Below are positions 7,689 to 17,538 of a stretch of 64,000 bases of DNA, piece after piece. The notes beneath the pieces were generated by a model. It had not been told where the DNA came from. It ran no database searches and saw only the letters and a list, made by a program, of their open reading frames with translations. A program made the position numbers and the translations under genes. Each line of letters begins with the position of its first letter. The first letter of the stretch is position 1. This stretch comes from an uncultured Bacteroidales bacterium (GTDB lineage: Bacteria; Bacteroidota; Bacteroidia; Bacteroidales; FEN-979), in the NCBI GenBank assembly GCA_903959905.1, contig CAJBYO010000005.1:148674-212673 (forward strand). The letters are read 5' to 3'.

Positions 7689-10600
7689 ATGACCAGTAAG
7701 GCAAAGCAAGTATTGTTTTCAGTCAAATCTGATTTTACTTCACTTTTTACAAGTCTTACGATATGCATACTTACCTACTTTTCTTTTTTTACTGACATCG
7801 CAAGACAGCCTGCAAGCAGTTTCCCTGACAGGAGTATTGGGATTGCCGTCGTTTCAGGGGTGGATGCGAATCTGCGTACTTTACACTACTGCCTCATTAT
7901 ATTCTTTAGTGTCATCCTGATCTTTGCGCTGACTGTTTTGTTTTCATGGGTTAACAGGCTGGTGACCCGATTAACAAACCGGATTTATCTCCAGGCAGAG
8001 CATTCTATCCAGTTCGTACTTTCCATTTTTTCGGTTTTTCTTGTTTTCTACGCAATCGTCAGGGGAGATCTTTTTATCATGAAAATTGCGGGGGTTCTCC
8101 TGATTTTCATTGCGTTTCTCTATTATCTTATTTTACTGAAGACAGCAGTCTTTCGAAAAGCGCCTGCTATTTATCGCTATTATAAGGACTATTCAAGCCT
8201 AACACTCTCATTAATCTTATCATTTGCATTGATTTTTGCAGGGTGGGCCCTGTGGGGTATCCCTTTGGCGTTTACAAAGGCCCATGTGTTCTTTTACTTT
8301 ATGTTCAATGTGGTCTTTATCACCACCTATCCTCTATTGTTGCAATGGATAGGTTTAAGCCCGGGAAAAGTAAAGGCTCCAAACCTGTTGGCCACAATTC
8401 CACTGGCGCTGATTCCGGCTATGCTGCCTGTTTCCAACGAAATGCAATATGCACTGTCGGGAATCGTAAAGATTCAGCCACAGGAGTTTGCGGGGTTGAT
8501 CATCGGGTTATTGTTCCTGTTAAGCGTTCTGTTCTATGTGTTATTTTTATTCAAGCCGAGGCCAGTTAATGTATCATCGTTTGTAAGATCATTTTTATTT
8601 CCGGTCATCATTATTGGTTTTTATATGTGCCTGGAAGTAGATGGTTTCGTGAAGTTTAAGACTTTTGACCTGTTTCACAACGGGGAAAGAATGCTGGTAA
8701 CCCAGCAGCTTTTCTCTTTTGGAAGGATTCCATTTATTGATATAATTCCCACTCATGGGATCATGGACTTTTTCGGTCAGGCTCTTTATTCAGCAGTAAA
8801 TGGTTATCGCGGACCAGAAATGTTCTTATGGCAATGGATACCGGTTTTGGCTGGAATCCTGTTGATGTACTTCATGCTTGCGCGGTTGATCTCGCCTGTT
8901 TTCAGTTTCCTTTTAATTCTCGTGACACCTGAAGTATTCATATTTAACGATTATTACACGTTATGTTTAGTCATACCCCTTGTTTTTCTGTGGGTTATCA
9001 ATCGACCAAACCTGACAAGGTACCTGGTGCTGTGGTTGTCGATAGTGCTGTTGTTTTTCTGGAGATATGATTTCGGTGTTATTGCCATTGTTACCTCTTT
9101 TTGCTTAGTCCCCGGCGTTTACTTTGTAAAATCAAATGATGCATTGACCTACAGTTCCATGTTAAGGGCATTCAAACCTGCTGTGATTGCATTTGTTATT
9201 GTTTTTTCTGTGTCGCTGCTTCTCTATTCCCTGATTTTATTGTTAAATGGCCAGAATCCTGTTGAGATGCTGGGGCAATTTTATATTTACTTTAAAAGTC
9301 AGGCACCCACACAGTCACTCGTTGACGTATTTAACAGTTACAACTTGTATTTTCTGCTGGAATATATCGTTAGTCCGATGATTTCCATATTGTACATCGT
9401 ATTTTATTTGAATTCCCTGATATTCAGGAAAGTTGACTTTAAGGCCCCGCAAATCCTATTGGCCTGGCTCGCGATATTTGCTGTTATCATGACGATGCGA
9501 ACGATTCAAAGGCATACGATACTTGAAGGGTTCAATCCTGTGCTTAGTATTTTTCTGCTTTGTACCATTCCTGTTTATTTTTCGCATACCAGCAAGTGGG
9601 TTTCCCATGCAGTCTTTATATTTACATTCCTGATATATACAATGTTACTGGCAAATATGCAGAAACGGGTCTATGTGAGAATAAACCCGGTGAACCTTAT
9701 TCCCAAGGATCAACTGTATAATTTCTTTTCATTTCCAAATAAAGCATCAAGGGTAACTATCAGTGATTCTTCGCAATTTAAAAATTTCAAAAAATTCTGT
9801 GATGCACAGCTCAAAAGTGATCAGACATTTTTTGATTTTTCCAATGCCCCTTTACTCTATGTTTTCACAAACAGGATGTTTCCTGCTCATCTTATCCCGA
9901 ACCTTTTCCAGGCAGCCGATCCGATTGAGGATTACCTGATAAAACGTTTGGATACTTATTTGAAAAGCGGGAAAATGCCATTGGTCCTGTTCAAACAGAA
10001 CACAGGATGGGATTCTATTGATGGTGTACCGCAACCAGTGAGGAGCTACCGGGTGGCAGAGTTTATCTACAGGAACTATATTCCATTTGCCAAGATAGAC
10101 AATTATGAGATCTGGAAAAGTAAACTGAGCCATTTAGACCTGGAGAAACCAAATGTGATCTCACCGGTTTTCCGGAAACACCCTGAGAATAGAATCCGGG
10201 AAATTGAAATCAGAGATTTTACTGCAGACAGTATCACCATGCATACTTACGGCGGAGACTCCCATATATTTAATGCACTGGATTTCGGAAAAGGTTTACC
10301 ACTGGACTCGTCCAGGGTGTATAAACTCTCCTTATCCTCTAGAAGTAGTCTTCCTGGGACCTTTCAAATTTTTTATTCTGTGAATGGATCACCATTTAAT
10401 GGAAAAGAGAGTATTTCTTTCCAGGTCAACGGGGGAAACTCCAAACAGGAGAGGTCTTTCATTCTCCCTAAATTTAGAGAAGGATCATTTCTGACCGATT
10501 TAAGGTTCGACCCTCCTTCCGGCGCAGATTTCTGCCTGTTTAAGCCGGTAATAACCGCAGCATTTTTTTTACCGGTTGACCGTACAGACCCCCAGATCTT

Positions 10601-10994
10601 TAACCTTAAAAAATTGCCTTATATCTGGGCAAATTTCGATGAAAAGAAGGCCTCCACAAAAACAGAAATTCTTGAGGACCATTTAATAAAAGACACCAGC
10701 CTGGGATCGATGGAATCAAAAAGTATCGCGATAGGTGCGGATTTTGACAAAAATGATGGCAACTACCTGCACCTGTTTATCAGTGCAAAAGACAGCGGCC
10801 AGGTTTCGATCTCTTACGGTAATTATTATACCTCGACGATTCAATTTGATCTGGAACCGACAGGAAAGACAGAACAATACCTGGTAAGAGTAAGTATGCA
10901 ATGGGCCTGGATGAACGACCGGATCGATAAAATTACTGTCCGGAGTTCCGTTCCGGTTATTTTTAGCAGGATGGTTATCAGAAAAGGAGACTAA
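7689..10994 (+). CDS. Very large polytopic membrane protein (~20+ TM segments) with a ~420-aa C-terminal soluble beta-rich region; family unassigned, possible GT-C/polymerase-like enzyme
   Basis: ORF 7548-10994. The likely start is the ATG at 7689 (MTSKAKQ..), just before the first hydrophobic segment. The stop overlaps the next start (TAATG). The C-terminal third is hydrophilic with beta-sandwich-like sequence (..LTDLRFDPPSGADF..). Confidence 0.55.
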   Translation: MTSKAKQVLFSVKSDFTSLFTSLTICILTYFSFFTDIARQPASSFPDRSIGIAVVSGVDANLRTLHYCLIIFFSVILIFALTVLFSWVNRLVTRLTNRIYLQAEHSIQFVLSIFSVFLVFYAIVRGDLFIMKIAGVLLIFIAFLYYLILLKTAVFRKAPAIYRYYKDYSSLTLSLILSFALIFAGWALWGIPLAFTKAHVFFYFMFNVVFITTYPLLLQWIGLSPGKVKAPNLLATIPLALIPAMLPVSNEMQYALSGIVKIQPQEFAGLIIGLLFLLSVLFYVLFLFKPRPVNVSSFVRSFLFPVIIIGFYMCLEVDGFVKFKTFDLFHNGERMLVTQQLFSFGRIPFIDIIPTHGIMDFFGQALYSAVNGYRGPEMFLWQWIPVLAGILLMYFMLARLISPVFSFLLILVTPEVFIFNDYYTLCLVIPLVFLWVINRPNLTRYLVLWLSIVLLFFWRYDFGVIAIVTSFCLVPGVYFVKSNDALTYSSMLRAFKPAVIAFVIVFSVSLLLYSLILLLNGQNPVEMLGQFYIYFKSQAPTQSLVDVFNSYNLYFLLEYIVSPMISILYIVFYLNSLIFRKVDFKAPQILLAWLAIFAVIMTMRTIQRHTILEGFNPVLSIFLLCTIPVYFSHTSKWVSHAVFIFTFLIYTMLLANMQKRVYVRINPVNLIPKDQLYNFFSFPNKASRVTISDSSQFKNFKKFCDAQLKSDQTFFDFSNAPLLYVFTNRMFPAHLIPNLFQAADPIEDYLIKRLDTYLKSGKMPLVLFKQNTGWDSIDGVPQPVRSYRVAEFIYRNYIPFAKIDNYEIWKSKLSHLDLEKPNVISPVFRKHPENRIREIEIRDFTADSITMHTYGGDSHIFNALDFGKGLPLDSSRVYKLSLSSRSSLPGTFQIFYSVNGSPFNGKESISFQVNGGNSKQERSFILPKFREGSFLTDLRFDPPSGADFCLFKPVITAAFFLPVDRTDPQIFNLKKLPYIWANFDEKKASTKTEILEDHLIKDTSLGSMESKSIAIGADFDKNDGNYLHLFISAKDSGQVSISYGNYYTSTIQFDLEPTGKTEQYLVRVSMQWAWMNDRIDKITVRSSVPVIFSRMVIRKGD

Positions 10995-12199
10995 TGGAAA
11001 AATTCAAATTCCTCATTATGGGAGCCGGGCCATCCGGACTTGCTTTTGCTCATACCTTACTGAGGCATGGAGAACGTTCATTTGTTGTGATGGAGAAGGA
11101 GGTGCAGGCAGGAGGACTTTGCCGGTCCAAAACAGTCGATGGGTCCCCGCTTGATATCGGAGGCGGACATTTCCTGGATACAAGAATCCCCCATGTCGTA
11201 GACTTTTTATTCCAGTTCCTTCCGAAAGATCAATGGACCATTTTTGAAAGAAAATCGGCAATAGACTTTGGGGATTACAGTGTTGATTACCCAATTGAAT
11301 CAAATATATGGCAGCTTCCGGTTGAGAAACAGGTTGAGTACATTGAAGCGGTAGCTTATTCAGGCGAAAACATGGGGGTCAATACTCCGGAGAAATTTCA
11401 AGACTGGATCTTATGGAAATTAGGCAGAAAGATCGCGGATGACTATATGTTTCCCTACAACCGGAAAATATGGTCAATTGACCTTGAGGAGCTAGGTACC
11501 TATTGGATCGATAAATTACCTTCTGTCTCCTTCAGGGAGGTGCTGTTCAGTTGCCTGTCACGAAAACCGTTTGGAAAGGTGCCAGCACATCAGACTTTCT
11601 ATTATCCTGAAAATTACGGATATGGGGAGGTCTGGGACAGGATGGGAAGGGAACTCGGTGATAAACTGTTGTTATCCATGCCAGTCCGTACCCTTGATGC
11701 TCCGAATCGCACTGTAAACCGTCAGATTTCGGCTGATATCATTATCAATACGGTTCCATTGAGCTCCTTTGAGCTTGCCGGCGTACCCGGGGATATTCAA
11801 AACTCCATTGCCAGCCTGAAACATGCCGGCATCCAGATTGATTATTACAATACGAATCTGGAAAGCGACAAACAGTGGATCTACATACCCAATGAACAAG
11901 TATCCTATCACAGGATACTTAACAGGAAAACCTTTGTCAACGGATCACATGGTTACTGGACAGAGACCAATTTACGCAGAGCTGTGGAAACTTCCGCCAG
12001 AGTCGCTGTAAACGATTTTTCATATCCGATAAATACCAGGGAAAAACCCATGCTGATGAAGAAGATAGCGGCGTTTTTCTCAGGTTTGAACATTTACGGA
12101 CTTGGTCGCTGGGGCACCTGGGAACATATTAATTCAGATATCGCGGTAAAACAAGGCATCGAACTCGCGGAAATGCTGCTAAATAAAACAACCAAATGA
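10994..12199 (+). CDS. FAD/NAD(P)-binding oxidoreductase, UDP-galactopyranose-mutase-like
   Basis: N-terminal dinucleotide fold KFLIMGAGPSGLAFAHTLL...VVMEKEVQAGGLCRS, DIGGGHF, and the C-terminal GLGRWGTWEHINSDIAVKQG, resembling the UGM/amine-oxidase superfamily layout. The exact activity is not determinable by eye. Confidence 0.55.
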   Translation: MEKFKFLIMGAGPSGLAFAHTLLRHGERSFVVMEKEVQAGGLCRSKTVDGSPLDIGGGHFLDTRIPHVVDFLFQFLPKDQWTIFERKSAIDFGDYSVDYPIESNIWQLPVEKQVEYIEAVAYSGENMGVNTPEKFQDWILWKLGRKIADDYMFPYNRKIWSIDLEELGTYWIDKLPSVSFREVLFSCLSRKPFGKVPAHQTFYYPENYGYGEVWDRMGRELGDKLLLSMPVRTLDAPNRTVNRQISADIIINTVPLSSFELAGVPGDIQNSIASLKHAGIQIDYYNTNLESDKQWIYIPNEQVSYHRILNRKTFVNGSHGYWTETNLRRAVETSARVAVNDFSYPINTREKPMLMKKIAAFFSGLNIYGLGRWGTWEHINSDIAVKQGIELAEMLLNKTTK

Positions 12200-12882
12200 C
12201 CATCGGCCTCTGTTTACTCGTTTACAATGAATTGGAAGGATGTCGGCAAACCGTCCCTTTGGTCAGTGCCGACCAATTTGATGAGGTTTTCGCAGTTGAC
12301 GGTGGCAGTACCGACGGAACGATCGAATACCTCAGGTCAGCCGGGATAGAAGTGCGGGTTCAGCCAAAGAAAGGATATAATGCCGCATATATCCATGCTT
12401 ATGAAACAACTTCCTGCGACGCATTGATTTTCTTTCATCCTAAAGGAACGATTCTTCCGGCGCAGACACTGCTTTTCAGGAATTATTTTTCCCTCGGATA
12501 TGATCTTATTATTGCCAGCAGGATCATGAAGGGAGCGGTAAATGAAGAGGATGTGCACGTTCTAAAGCCAAGAAAGTGGTTCGTGACTGGATTGGGGATG
12601 CTTGTAGCTCTTATTTGGAAACGGGAAGGGAATTTTGTGGGAGATGTATTGCATGGATTCAGAGGGATGACAAAATCGGCATTCCTGGAAATAGAACCTC
12701 TTGATAGAGGTCTTTCCATTGACGTTGAAATGGTTGTCCGCTCATATCGTAAAAAGATGAAAAGGATTGAATTCCCGGTTCACGAGCGTTCCAGAGAATT
12801 CGGGGAGACTCACTTCAGGCCGATACCTACTGCAAAAGGAATATTCAGGTATCTTTTGTTTGAATTAAAGAGACAGGCCTAA
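12196..12882 (+). CDS. GT2, DPM1-like polyprenyl-phosphate sugar synthase-like (soluble form)
   Basis: LCLLVYNELEGCRQTVPLV...AVDGGSTDGT and HGFRGM. 228 aa with no TM helices. The ATGA overlap with the upstream gene suggests translational coupling. Confidence 0.6.
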   Translation: MTIGLCLLVYNELEGCRQTVPLVSADQFDEVFAVDGGSTDGTIEYLRSAGIEVRVQPKKGYNAAYIHAYETTSCDALIFFHPKGTILPAQTLLFRNYFSLGYDLIIASRIMKGAVNEEDVHVLKPRKWFVTGLGMLVALIWKREGNFVGDVLHGFRGMTKSAFLEIEPLDRGLSIDVEMVVRSYRKKMKRIEFPVHERSREFGETHFRPIPTAKGIFRYLLFELKRQA

Positions 12883-12975
12883 GTCCTGCCGCTTACATGC
12901 ATGTGTATAGGTATCTCGGGCTTTTTACCTACCCTTGTTCATTGCACGCAATTTTGCCCGCGTTTGAGAATGTTC

Positions 12976-14652
12976 TTACCATGCAACATTGTATCCTGCA
13001 TTTTTGAGATCCCACCTTCTAAGGGATGAGGGGATGTCTCTCTGTCTAACAGTAAGTTGAGAACATTTCATATACAAGTCGTAATATTTGAAGTTCAGAG
13101 CAGGGTCAGAGTTTAAAGCTTTGTTTATAACCCATAGATTGCGGTAAACATCCGTTAACCATGGTGATACCACTAGATCCGAAATGCGTTTTTGCAAATC
13201 ATTCTGAATTAAAATCAACTGATCTTTATAATTAGTCATTGGATATACAATAACTTGAATATTTCCAAAAGTATAAACTGGATAGTGAGATTTAATATGC
13301 AATCCTGTAACAATAAAGTAGATATTGGTGGCAGATTGGACGTGTTGTACTTCGGAATAATCTTTTAGTTCATACCGTTTATATATAATGTCATTGAGAT
13401 ATGGAGTGATATTCAGATTACTAGACCAATCGTTAGAGAGTACCGTATTTCCTTTAGCTGAATTCTTGATGAAAGCGGCAACGTTTCCCCATGGTTGATG
13501 AATTTTTACTTTATATCCTTGTATGAAGGTTGGAACCCAGGTTGAAACCAGCAAAAGTGTAATAATTGTTATTGCAATACCTTTTTTTACTGGTATAATT
13601 GTGGAAAGATATATAATACCTTCTGCAATAAAAATGACACAAATAGGCATTAAAAAAATCAGAAAGCGTGTATAAGCATCAGGAAAGTGGGATATCCCTT
13701 GAATTGAAATTAATATGATTGATAATGGGATAAATGGTATTAGTATTAATAATGGGTTATTATATACTCTTATGGTCAGAAAGATTGCACTAAGCATAAG
13801 GAATGCTGATGCCCACGAATAAAAACCAGCTCCAAAATAGCTAGAGAATGCGAAAAATATATATGAAATACTTGTTGGTGGAGAATCATGCCATCGAAGA
13901 CCCCAGGCGGAAATATCTTCTATGAGGTTCAGGTATGAGATTAATGAGATTGCCATTGAGATTGACATAGGTATCAATAATGTTAAAAACTTATTTTTAT
14001 CTCTATTTACAAGAATAAAGTACAACTCTATACCTGCAAGAGAAAAGATGTATGCCAAAGTATAAGCTCCATTCAAGTGACTTAACATAAGCACATAGCT
14101 TGCCAGCGCCAAATAAATACCGTTCTTGAATGTGCGATTTGTATACCATTTGAAAAACAAAATAATTGTCAATAAAGACATTGCTGCTAAGAAAGAATAT
14201 GCTCTGATAATTCCGCTATAGGAAATCATATAGGGATTAAAAGCTATGAGAGTGGCTGCGACAAGAGCAGTTTTTTTTGACGCAAGCATTTTTGTTAATA
14301 TCGCAGTTAATGGAATAGTTGCGATTCCAGCGAGTTCGGGCAATATGGAAAGAGATATTTGATTCCCACATGCTATTTTTAAGAGATATTTTTCTGATAG
14401 TATAAAATAATTCATGGTAAGCCAGGGTTCAAAGTGCGTTAATAAATAACCTGCACTTTTTTTCAAATAGATAAGTGTTGCAACTTCATCGCCCACAAAA
14501 GGCCTGTTATAATGGTAAAAAAACCTGGTAATTGTTCCTCCAATAACTAAAAGGAGCAAATAGAAAATTTCATTTTTCGAAAAAGATTGTTTTCTGTTCT
14601 CGCTATTGATATACTTTTCTATCATAGTAATTTTCCTTAGGGATAATTGCAA
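12976..14652 (-). CDS. GT-C fold glycosyltransferase, ArnT/PMT-like (GT39/GT83-like)
   Basis: 558 aa with >10 TM segments. The first-loop acidic motif RPFVGDEVATLIY is typical of ArnT/PMT enzymes. There is a C-terminal soluble domain. The gene is visibly very AT-rich. Confidence 0.6.
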   Translation of the reverse strand: MQLSLRKITMIEKYINSENRKQSFSKNEIFYLLLLVIGGTITRFFYHYNRPFVGDEVATLIYLKKSAGYLLTHFEPWLTMNYFILSEKYLLKIACGNQISLSILPELAGIATIPLTAILTKMLASKKTALVAATLIAFNPYMISYSGIIRAYSFLAAMSLLTIILFFKWYTNRTFKNGIYLALASYVLMLSHLNGAYTLAYIFSLAGIELYFILVNRDKNKFLTLLIPMSISMAISLISYLNLIEDISAWGLRWHDSPPTSISYIFFAFSSYFGAGFYSWASAFLMLSAIFLTIRVYNNPLLILIPFIPLSIILISIQGISHFPDAYTRFLIFLMPICVIFIAEGIIYLSTIIPVKKGIAITIITLLLVSTWVPTFIQGYKVKIHQPWGNVAAFIKNSAKGNTVLSNDWSSNLNITPYLNDIIYKRYELKDYSEVQHVQSATNIYFIVTGLHIKSHYPVYTFGNIQVIVYPMTNYKDQLILIQNDLQKRISDLVVSPWLTDVYRNLWVINKALNSDPALNFKYYDLYMKCSQLTVRQRDIPSSLRRWDLKNAGYNVAW

Positions 14653-14706
14653 TTAATGTTCTTCCGCGTGAATTAAAGGTATTTTGATTCTGTAAATTTA
14701 AAGCAA

Positions 14707-15669
14707 TTATGCTTCAAGGTTGCGTTGGAAACATCGGCTGTAAATCTCAATTAACTCCTTATGGGTTAATTTTACAAGTATGTCATCAGGAGTTTCGCCC
14801 CCAAGCATAGGTATTCGCTCCCTGATGGCCACCATCTCACATTCCCTGATCATTTCGGATGTAACCGGGTTCTCGTCTGCGCCTGTCTGGATACATGTCA
14901 ACAGATACTCATCTTCCTGCCTGATATTAAATTGAATCATTTTTCGCGACGGAGACCATTTTCCATAAGTAGCTGCAAGACGGCGATTGACAAAGGTTGC
15001 CAGGGTTGCCCTTTCCTCTTCAGGAATATCACTCAGATGATCAGGCTTATCCTGGAAAATTGTGCGGTTACCATGGGGGATGTGATATAGTGTATCAAGG
15101 TCGAAATCATTGCGCGTCAGTCCTGCCGCTGCAAGACGCTGGTAAAGGTCACTGTCGTCCCATCCATAGAACTTGATGAACTCATTGTACCCGTTTACAC
15201 TAAAAAAATCTTCGCGATGCAGATAAACAATGCCGTTCAGATGCATCTCATTATCGTTGCGACGTATCCTCCAGTTTCCGCAGTAAAACTTCCCAGGTTC
15301 AAGAATGTGTTTTTCGAAAAAACGAGGTAGAATTTTAACATCGGCATCAATTTTAAGAATTTTGGTCCTGGAGGTGAGTCTGGCAGCAAGGTTATAGGCA
15401 AACGACAGGATCCATTTTGGCTGATCACTGACTACAGCCAGAATGATCTTTCCGTTCTGGTACTTTTGAACTAATGGCAGCAGGGTTAAATCAGATCCCC
15501 AGTCAACGATAATAATTTCATCAATCTCTTCATGGGTGATCCATGTTTTCAATGCTTCTTCAAAGGACTCCTGCCTGTTTTTTACAGCAGTGATCAGGGA
15601 AATTCCTTTTTTTATTTCTTCCTGACTTGCTTGAGAATCATTCGTGGAAATCCTGCGGATATTTACCAT
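14707..15669 (-). CDS. Glycosyltransferase (GT-A fold, GT2/galactosyltransferase-like)
   Basis: ISLITAVKNRQESFEEALKTW...IIIVDWGSD and a DxD motif in LKIDADVKI. Overlaps the SxtJ-like gene by 7 nt. Confidence 0.6.
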   Translation of the reverse strand: MVNIRRISTNDSQASQEEIKKGISLITAVKNRQESFEEALKTWITHEEIDEIIIVDWGSDLTLLPLVQKYQNGKIILAVVSDQPKWILSFAYNLAARLTSRTKILKIDADVKILPRFFEKHILEPGKFYCGNWRIRRNDNEMHLNGIVYLHREDFFSVNGYNEFIKFYGWDDSDLYQRLAAAGLTRNDFDLDTLYHIPHGNRTIFQDKPDHLSDIPEEERATLATFVNRRLAATYGKWSPSRKMIQFNIRQEDEYLLTCIQTGADENPVTSEMIRECEMVAIRERIPMLGGETPDDILVKLTHKELIEIYSRCFQRNLEA

Positions 15670-16031
15670 GGCTTAGTGAAGGAGGTGGCTGTAAATTGTT
15701 TGCCTGTGTTGGTAAAGAGACTTGAATCCCTGTTCTTTAACGTTAAAAAGTCGATTCGGCGAAAGAGCCGTGACAGCAACGTAATGGGAAAAATGACGAA
15801 ATAAAAAACAATCGCCAGAAGTATATTGGGTATTACCAGGCCAAGCAACCATGCCAGTTTCATCCACAGCCGGTCAATCAATAAGCTCAACATGGATGAA
15901 AACATTCCAGTCAGACCTATTGCCATAGCCAGGTATATAAGCCAGCCCAGTTTGGTGAAGCAGTAAATTACGAGGATGCCCGTACAAATTGTCAATACAG
16001 TTTTAGTGGGGTTAATATTTGATTTTTTCAT
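15663..16031 (-). CDS. SxtJ-family small membrane protein (carbamoyltransferase-associated)
   Basis: 122 aa with 3 TM helices and the C-terminal ..FTKPW tail that I recall for the SxtJ family. It sits in a carbamoyltransferase neighbourhood. Confidence 0.6.
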   Translation of the reverse strand: MKKSNINPTKTVLTICTGILVIYCFTKLGWLIYLAMAIGLTGMFSSMLSLLIDRLWMKLAWLLGLVIPNILLAIVFYFVIFPITLLSRLFRRIDFLTLKNRDSSLFTNTGKQFTATSFTKPW

Positions 16032-16092
16032 ATCCAGGTTGTAAAATTAGCTGAAAAATTGCGGAAGACTTAAGGGTGTCCATTCCCTCCTG

Positions 16093-16242
16093 TTAGAACA
16101 ACGCATAAATAAATGGCGCAACCGCACTGGTGCCTCCAAATACGATGAACAGCCCCAAAAGAAGGAGCACCAGGATGATAGGAGCAAGCCAGAGTTTTTT
16201 CCGTTCCTTCATGTATTGCCATAAATCATTTAAGAATTCCAT
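16093..16242 (-). CDS. DUF5989 / SxtK-like 49-aa membrane protein (absent from the ORF track because it is <60 aa)
   Basis: Minus-strand ATG at 16242 and TAA at 16093-16095. Translation is MEFLNDLWQYMKERKKLWLAPIILVLLLLGLFIVFGGTSAVAPFIYALF. The MEFLxDLWxYMKERKKxWLxPI..APFIYxLF pattern matches what I recall of the DUF5989 family. It starts 1 nt after the stop of the upstream gene. Confidence 0.75.
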   Translation of the reverse strand: MEFLNDLWQYMKERKKLWLAPIILVLLLLGLFIVFGGTSAVAPFIYALF

Positions 16243-16243
16243 T

Positions 16244-17533
16244 TTATTTGTGTTTTAATTGGTTGACGATGGCCTCCGTATAGATTGAATGTGCAAAAAT
16301 ATTTGGATGGGCATCAAATTGTATCGCCTTACGCGGTGTTGAATGATGGATTCGATACAATTTGCCATATTTCATTCCTGTTCGCAAAACAACTACCTCT
16401 AATGCTGAATCAATATCAATAACAGGGGCTCGCTGGCGTAATTGTCTTACCAGTTGTTTGCACTCACTATCCGGATAATTAATCTTTAAGAAGATTGGAG
16501 TTGCTGAATTTTTAAGACAAATGTCGGCCATTCGATTGTAAAAATAGGATTCAAGTTTTGACCTGTTCATGGTCGGATTTGGCTGGAAACCCAATATTAC
16601 TTTTAATGAGGTAAATTTGAATGCACAATAATCATGAATTTCAATTTTGTATCCATCAGAAAACAAGAATTTAATTTTTTCGAAATAGGATCTTTCAGTT
16701 TTTCGCCAGTTTTTACCAGAATACATTAATGTTGAATAAGAAGGGGGATTCAGTGTGAAAGTGTCATTATTGTCGGAAAAGTAAGGGAACGGGCGATAGC
16801 CGAATCGGGTTGGTCCGTTGATTTCCATTGCCCGGGGTACAATCCAGGAACTCAGTTGAATAAAAACGTAGTGAAATTTCCTTTTGGGAAGGAGTGTTTC
16901 TGCAATTTGGATCATTTGTCCTGAACCAAACCCAGATATCGCAGCATTGATATAGTTATGACCAAGCTTTTCTGATGTAAGATATGAATAGGTTTTCTGT
17001 GCTTCAACGAAATCTCCGAAAGTAAAGGAGCACCCCAGGTACAAGTCGGTTGTATCCGATTTAATCTGGAGGGAATCTGGTGCAGTGCGGAATCCAAGCG
17101 AATCAAAGAGTACAGGGACACTTCCGTCAATGGTATCCCCGATGTAGTAATTGTAGGTTCCTTTGGCGAATGGTCTGCCTTTGTACGACAATGAATCATC
17201 AAATTGGAACACCATGCCTGTCGTGCTTTTTTTCAGTGTCTTTGAATAATAGTAGAATTTGTTGACAGCGACCAGACGGTCGGCGACAGCCATGGAAACG
17301 ATTAAGGTAAAGATGATGAAAAAGGCAATGGTAAGTTTTTTTGATTTCAGACTGAAGGCCCTGTTGTATAAAAAATTAATAAACAGTAAAAACAGGGTAA
17401 TTGAAACTCCAAGGAAATCAGTCATGTAGAGCCACTGCCTTTCTTCCCATAAAAAGGTTCCCAGGTATACCAAATAGTCAAGTATAATCAGTATTGCAAC
17501 AATGACCAGTGTGGAAACAATCATTTTCCTCAT
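16244..17533 (-). CDS. Membrane-anchored SGNH/GDSL-like hydrolase or acyl(carbamoyl)transferase-like protein
   Basis: N-terminal 3-4 TM helices. Block-I-like YLGCSFTFGD (Ser retained) and block-V-like QFDAHPNIFAHSIYTEAI (DxxH). The likely ATG is at 17533, 5 nt after the carbamoyltransferase stop. Confidence 0.45.
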   Translation of the reverse strand: MRKMIVSTLVIVAILIILDYLVYLGTFLWEERQWLYMTDFLGVSITLFLLFINFLYNRAFSLKSKKLTIAFFIIFTLIVSMAVADRLVAVNKFYYYSKTLKKSTTGMVFQFDDSLSYKGRPFAKGTYNYYIGDTIDGSVPVLFDSLGFRTAPDSLQIKSDTTDLYLGCSFTFGDFVEAQKTYSYLTSEKLGHNYINAAISGFGSGQMIQIAETLLPKRKFHYVFIQLSSWIVPRAMEINGPTRFGYRPFPYFSDNNDTFTLNPPSYSTLMYSGKNWRKTERSYFEKIKFLFSDGYKIEIHDYCAFKFTSLKVILGFQPNPTMNRSKLESYFYNRMADICLKNSATPIFLKINYPDSECKQLVRQLRQRAPVIDIDSALEVVVLRTGMKYGKLYRIHHSTPRKAIQFDAHPNIFAHSIYTEAIVNQLKHK

Positions 17534-17538
17534 GTGCA

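Noticed and set aside
8243-8569. 108-aa alternative-frame ORF inside the 1100-aa membrane-protein gene
   Set aside because: It is embedded in a continuous 3.3-kb ORF with consistent TM periodicity. Its alternative frame has no start context or motif.
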